Assembly: GCF_009914755.1 (NCBI RefSeq)
Contig: NC_060947.1
Strand: one strand, 5' to 3'
Origin: the human T2T-CHM13v2.0 reference genome, Homo sapiens
Length of the DNA stretch: 64,000 nt
Shown here piece after piece: positions 56,085 through 64,000 of the stretch. The position numbers and the translations under genes were made by a program. Below the pieces are notes generated by a model. That model did no database searches and was not told the DNA's origin. It saw only the letters and a list, made by a program, of their open reading frames with translations. The number at the start of each line of letters is the position of its first letter. Positions within the stretch are counted from its first letter, which is position 1.

Positions 56085-57530
56085 AATTGTGTTCTAGACA
56101 TCACACCTGGCTTTCGAGAACAAAAATAGGTAATCTGTAGCCCTTATTCTCAAGTAGATTATACTCTATTGAGAAATACGGATGCATGTACAAAAATGGA
56201 TGATGTATAATTGTTATAATAGTGGTGTTTGTAAAGTGTTATGGGAATCATTTATTCTTCCTGAGTTAAGTGACGTGAACAGTGATAGTAAGAGAAAGTG
56301 AGAGAGAAGTTATATCTGTACTGGGTCTTGAAGGAAGAGTAAGCTTTTATTGGTGGAGTTAATAGTGACAGATATTTCAGGAAAATGGAACTGCACGGAT
56401 ACTAGTCAGAGGTATAAAAGACTATTATATATTTGGGGAAATTATAGGAGATTAAGGAATATATACTCTGGCAACTTTTTGAAAAGCCTTTTAGATTAAG
56501 GTAAGAAGTTTGAACTTCAATGGCTAACGGGGAGCTAAGTGTGAGAAAGCTGAAGACTGACATGGTCAGCAAATGGTTTGATAATGTCACTCTGATTCTG
56601 TGAATGGTGGCTTGGGGGAGGAGGGCAGAAATTGAATGCAGAAATCCAGCATCAAGGTTACTTCAATAACCCAAGTGGAAGGTGATGAAAAATTAAATTT
56701 TAAAATGACAGTGATGGTAAAGAAAAAAAAAGAGAAACAAATGATGTAAAAGAATTTCCATAGTTTTTAGAGATGGTTTTATTGGTTTTATGAAGGTCAG
56801 CTCGCATGTTATTCCAAATTTTGTGTTACAGTATCTTTTAATTTAAATTCAATACATATTACTAATGGTTAATTAATATCCAAGGCTGTGTGTTTGGTAT
56901 AGTAGACAGGCCAGTAATATACATCCTGCCTTCAAGGAGTTTACAATTCCCTAGAGATAAAGATATTTTAGTAAATAGTATTTAGTATAGTGTTTAATAG
57001 TTTATAAAGTATGGATAGACAATACAGCAAGTGGTCAATTCAACTTGAGGAGATTAGAAAACAGTTCATAGTGACAGAAGATGCTTAAACTCTATGAGTC
57101 TGTCAGGAAGAAAGGTTCAGAATGGGATACCATCCAGTGGATATGAGGAAGAAATGAAATAGGTGAAGGTTCTTGGACATATTTAAAGATTCTTTCTTCT
57201 ATGTCATGCCCAGGGATCTGGATATACTTTTTAATTAATTATGATAATGTTATGTCTTTTAAGCAAAAGACAGAATAGATTAGTTCTGGTGTTCTGACTG
57301 CCTTCAGGTTACAGGATGAAGATCAGATTGGAGGGGTGCAAGTTTGGAAACCAGGAGGCCATTTAGGCAGCTGTTTTGGTCGTTCAAGAGACAGACAATG
57401 AAGCTCAAGCTGGGATCCATAGCAGTCAGAATATAGAGGAGACAATGAATTGGAGAGGTAATTTAAAAGTAAAAGCTACTGGAATTGACATGATAGATGA
57501 GGGAGAGGAACAGTTTTAAAGATGCCCAAT
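56085..57530 (-). mobile_element. Two successive L2 3' fragments
   Basis: CTGGGTCTTGAAGGAAGAGTAAG; AAATTCAATACATATTACT...CCTGCCTTCAAGGAGTTTACA; TTTAAGCAAAAGA...GGAGGCCATTTAGGCAGCTG. Confidence 0.65.
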
Positions 57531-57559
57531 ACCACAATCGTTTTTATTATGTGGGTGAT

Positions 57560-60183
<2,624 letters not shown>

Positions 60184-60314
60184 CAAATGCTAAATATAAA
60201 ATGTAGTTAACATACTGGCATTAAAAATGTCTACCATCAGTTGGCTCTTAAAGTGCTATGTGTATGCCAAAATAGCATATTGTAAATGAGATATTCAGAG
60301 ATCAGGAGTGGATA

Positions 60315-60530
60315 TCATCATTGAGAGCAAGGACTTTGCAGTTGCAAATACCTGAGTCTGGTGACTAGCCTATGCCTTTCAAAACACTTAGCCTCTCTGA
60401 GCTTGATTGTTCACATTCAGAAGTTAGAATTAATGATGATATTTTCTTCCTAGGGTTAACAAGTAATACCTCCTATGTGAATTGTATTGCTATGGTGGCT
60501 AACACACCAAAAAAAGCTATAAATGCTAAT
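60315..60530 (+). mobile_element. MIR SINE
   Basis: ACACTTAGCCTCTCTGAGCTT core. Confidence 0.55.
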
Positions 60531-61169
60531 ATTGCATTATGTGTCATTATGAAAATGTTAATATGCAGAACAAAAAAGGAAGCACAGGCAAAGGGAAAGA
60601 AAGGAAAAAAGTAGAGAGCGTGTGTGAGATAATAAACACATGAAAGAAAGAAAGGAAGAACAAGAGGCACAGTAAGCATATAATTATAAAGTGACACAAA
60701 AGCATCTGATGTTTTCTAACACAGCAGCATTATAAAGTTACCCACACAGATGTAAAACGTCCATTTTTTTCAAGAGTATAAGAAAAAAAATGTGGTGATG
60801 CTTGTCCTTCTGCTGCCACATAGAAGGGAGCACTGAGTCCCAAGGTAAATGAGAGAGGTTATTTCGCTGTACATGTAGAACAGAGGAAGAACAATGGTAA
60901 TGACACTCAAATACCCATCAGGAAGGGATTTGATCTATTGGCAAGTCTCTTACTGCTGACCTGCAAAGAATGTGAGTCTTCCTTCAGACCATGCGTAGTT
61001 CTGCACTGAACAAAGAACCCTGAAGGTAAGGAGGGGTGGTAATCAATCCTTCAAAGCTCCGAAAGCACTTTTTGTAGCCTAATATGACTTACTTATCTTA
61101 ATCTTTCCATTGCATGAATACAAGGCAAATATTATGGATTCTCCTTTAAAAAGTACAGAAAGCTCAAGG

Positions 61170-61173
61170 AGAG

Positions 61174-61205
<32 letters not shown>
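61170..61205. repeat. (GA)n microsatellite
   Basis: Directly visible. Confidence 0.85.
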
Positions 61206-61999
61206 ATGAATGAATCATGTCCTTGGATTTCAATCCAGATTTCTGAGTATTCAGTAAGTGATTTTTCCCAATTTTCGTTTAGTTCCTACTGAGTTCTTCT
61301 CATGGGGATCTTTCATATTCTCAACTGATACTATTTAATCTTTTCAGAAAGTTTTGAAGTCCTATTCAGCTGGATTTCATTACATGAACAAAGCACAGTG
61401 ATAAAATTTCCCCAGAAAGTGGTTTTTTTTTCCTCCTTGCCTATGTCTGTAATCATAATGTTCTTGTCTTTTTGGGGATTTTTTTTGACCATTTGATATC
61501 CAGTTTAGTATACTCAAAATGGTGACGAGTTACGCCATGTGGATAGGGCCATTGGATACAGGTTACATTGAATGCTTTGGAAGACAGGATCAATAAGATT
61601 CCTTAACTGGGTTGTAAAGATACTAGAATTCTTAATAAGTATTTGAAAAATTTCACTTCTCATTGTGCTGTTTTATTCCAAACTCTACTGTGTTAATTCA
61701 CCAAGCACTTATTCAGATCCTATCAGAGATATTGCACAAATACTATTTCTACCATTTAAACATGATTCCAACAAACACTGAACCTTTCTTATGTGCATGA
61801 CATTTTGTTATGTGCTTGGATTAGAGAAAAGAGAAAGAATAACAAAGTATAATAGGAAGATATAGCTATTGATAAGGTTAAGGAACTTATGGGAAAAATA
61901 AAGCATTCGTCTTAATAAGAAGTTGGAACAACTGTTAACATTTTGAAAGTGAATCTACAGTTTTCAAAGTAGCAAAATGAACGTTTAGTATTTCCAATG

Positions 62000-62690
62000 G
62001 AAGGTAGAGAAGGAGGAAAGAAATTGAAGTAGAAAGACTATATAAAACGATAATTATAATGTTTAATTTGAGGAATTAAGGTATAGAATAAAGGCCAAAA
62101 AATAAAATGGAAAGAAAAATAAGCATCAGAAAACCAAATAAAACAAAAAGACAGAAAAGGAAGCTTATGATTAAAGTATTCTAAAAAACTTTTATATCTT
62201 CAGAGAAAAGTGGTAAGTCAATCAGCTTTAGAGAATTAAAGAATGAAGATGATGATACTTAAGGCATTTGTGGAACACATATAAGTAGACTGTGCAACAT
62301 GCAAAAGTTCCAACAGTACAGAAAAAAATAAATTTAAGAAATTGTTAAGCCATAAAAATATAAAAAGGCAAGAGAAATAATTTAAAAATTAAAAACAACA
62401 AATCATAAACTAAGATGATAGAAATGCTTCCAGTAAGCCAGCAATCACAAGAAATTTAGAAAACAAACATTTTATGGTTGCATATACAAACTAAACTATA
62501 TACTGCTTATAAAATATATGTCCAAAATATAAGATTAACGGTAAAATAAATTATCTATATCTACATGCATACATACACAGACGTGTGTGTGCATGTGTAG
62601 CAAACACTAAATAAGACAACAGAAAAAAACCTGGTATAGCTCTATTAATAATAGACAAAGTATATTTTAATGCTGAATTATTGCAAAGGG
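62000..62690 (+). mobile_element. Old L1ME-like inter-ORF/ORF2 start fragment
   Basis: A-rich, with AAACTATATACTGCTTATAA and CTGGTATAGCTCTATTAATAATAGACAAAGTATATTTT (EN N-terminal motifs). Confidence 0.6.
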
Positions 62691-63044
62691 TGAAGCCGTA
62701 TACCTATGGACTTTTCGTTATGTGAGAAAAATGAACCACTATTTGGTTTCTGTTACTTGCAGCAGAATGTAATCCCAATAGGCATATTAGAAATTGTATT
62801 GTTTGTGGTAGCTGAGAGAGACCATCTAGGTATCCATCACAAATATAATAGATAATGGATTAATAGTCTAAAGCGGTCAAACTAATAAACTAGATATGCT
62901 TACACTATCATATCTGAATTTTACAAATACAGTGTTAAGTGAAAAATTAAGAAATACAATGACATTGGACTATCATTCATGTAATTTGTAAATGTGTACC
63001 CATAAGAATAGCCAGCGTTTCCTGAGGGCTTACTATGTGCCTGA

Positions 63045-63380
<336 letters not shown>

Positions 63381-63619
63381 TAAAGACATCATGTTTAATT
63401 AATTTATTAACTCTTCACAATAATGCTAGGAAATGGAATAGCAGAGATGTTAAGCAATTTTTCCAAAATTGCATAGCTATTTAGCCTGAGAGCCAGGATT
63501 TAAACTGAGGCAATCTATCTTCAGAATCTTCACTCTTAACCACTATGCTATATGTTGTATAATTTTGCAAAGACACATACATATCCAAAGACATATATTA
63601 ATAAGAGTATGAAGATGGG

Positions 63620-64000
63620 GCAGTTATTTACATTTTCCTCCAAACGCAATGTTGAAATATGATTTCTGGTGTTGGAGATGAACCTAGTGAGAGGTGTTTT
63701 GGTCATGGAGTACATCCTTCATGAATGGCTTGCTGCTGTCCTTGCAGTAGTGAGTGAGTCTCACTCTGTTAGTTCGTGCAACAGCTGTTTGTTTGAAAGA
63801 GCCTGGCATCTCTCTCTTGCTCCCTCTCTTGCCATATAACTTGCTTGTTCTCTCTCTACCTTCCACCATGGGTAAAAACTCCCTGAGGATTCACTAGAAA
63901 CCAAGAAGTTGTGGGTGCCATGCTTGTACAACCTGCAGAACCATGAGCCAAATAAATCTTTTGTCTTTATAAATTGCCCAGTCTCAGGTATTCCTTTAAA
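63620..64000 (+). mobile_element. MSTB-like MaLR LTR running to the window edge
   Basis: TCATGAATGGCTTG...GTGAGTGAGT...CCTGCAGAACCATGAGCCAAATAAA...AGTCTCAGGTATTCCTTTA. Confidence 0.88.

Overview
This window is AT-rich, CpG-depleted primate genomic DNA, almost certainly human because it carries AluYa5-type and AluYc1-type diagnostic positions. It looks intergenic or deeply intronic. I recognise no protein-coding gene, structural RNA gene or CpG island. The ORFs in the supplied track mostly come from Alu, L1, LTR or simple-repeat sequence, and the rest are short frames resembling no protein I know. Much of the window is interspersed repeat: 13 Alus, many L1PA/PB/MA/MC/ME fragments, MaLR (THE1A, MST, MLT1) and ERV1 solo LTRs, MIR, L2, L4 and MER DNA transposons. 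The most notable points are structural. There are two young, possibly polymorphic Alus, one nested in an older Alu's linker. An ~800 bp CpG-rich alternating purine/pyrimidine VNTR has grown out of an Alu tail. There is a twin-priming inverted L1MA, TSD-bounded elements with large internal deletions, a TSD-less AluY at an apparent deletion breakpoint, closely spaced inverted L1 and Alu pairs, and one non-consensus substitution shared by three AluY copies. I found no convincing novel biological system. Subfamily names come from recalled consensus sequences, and the boundaries of old repeats are approximate.
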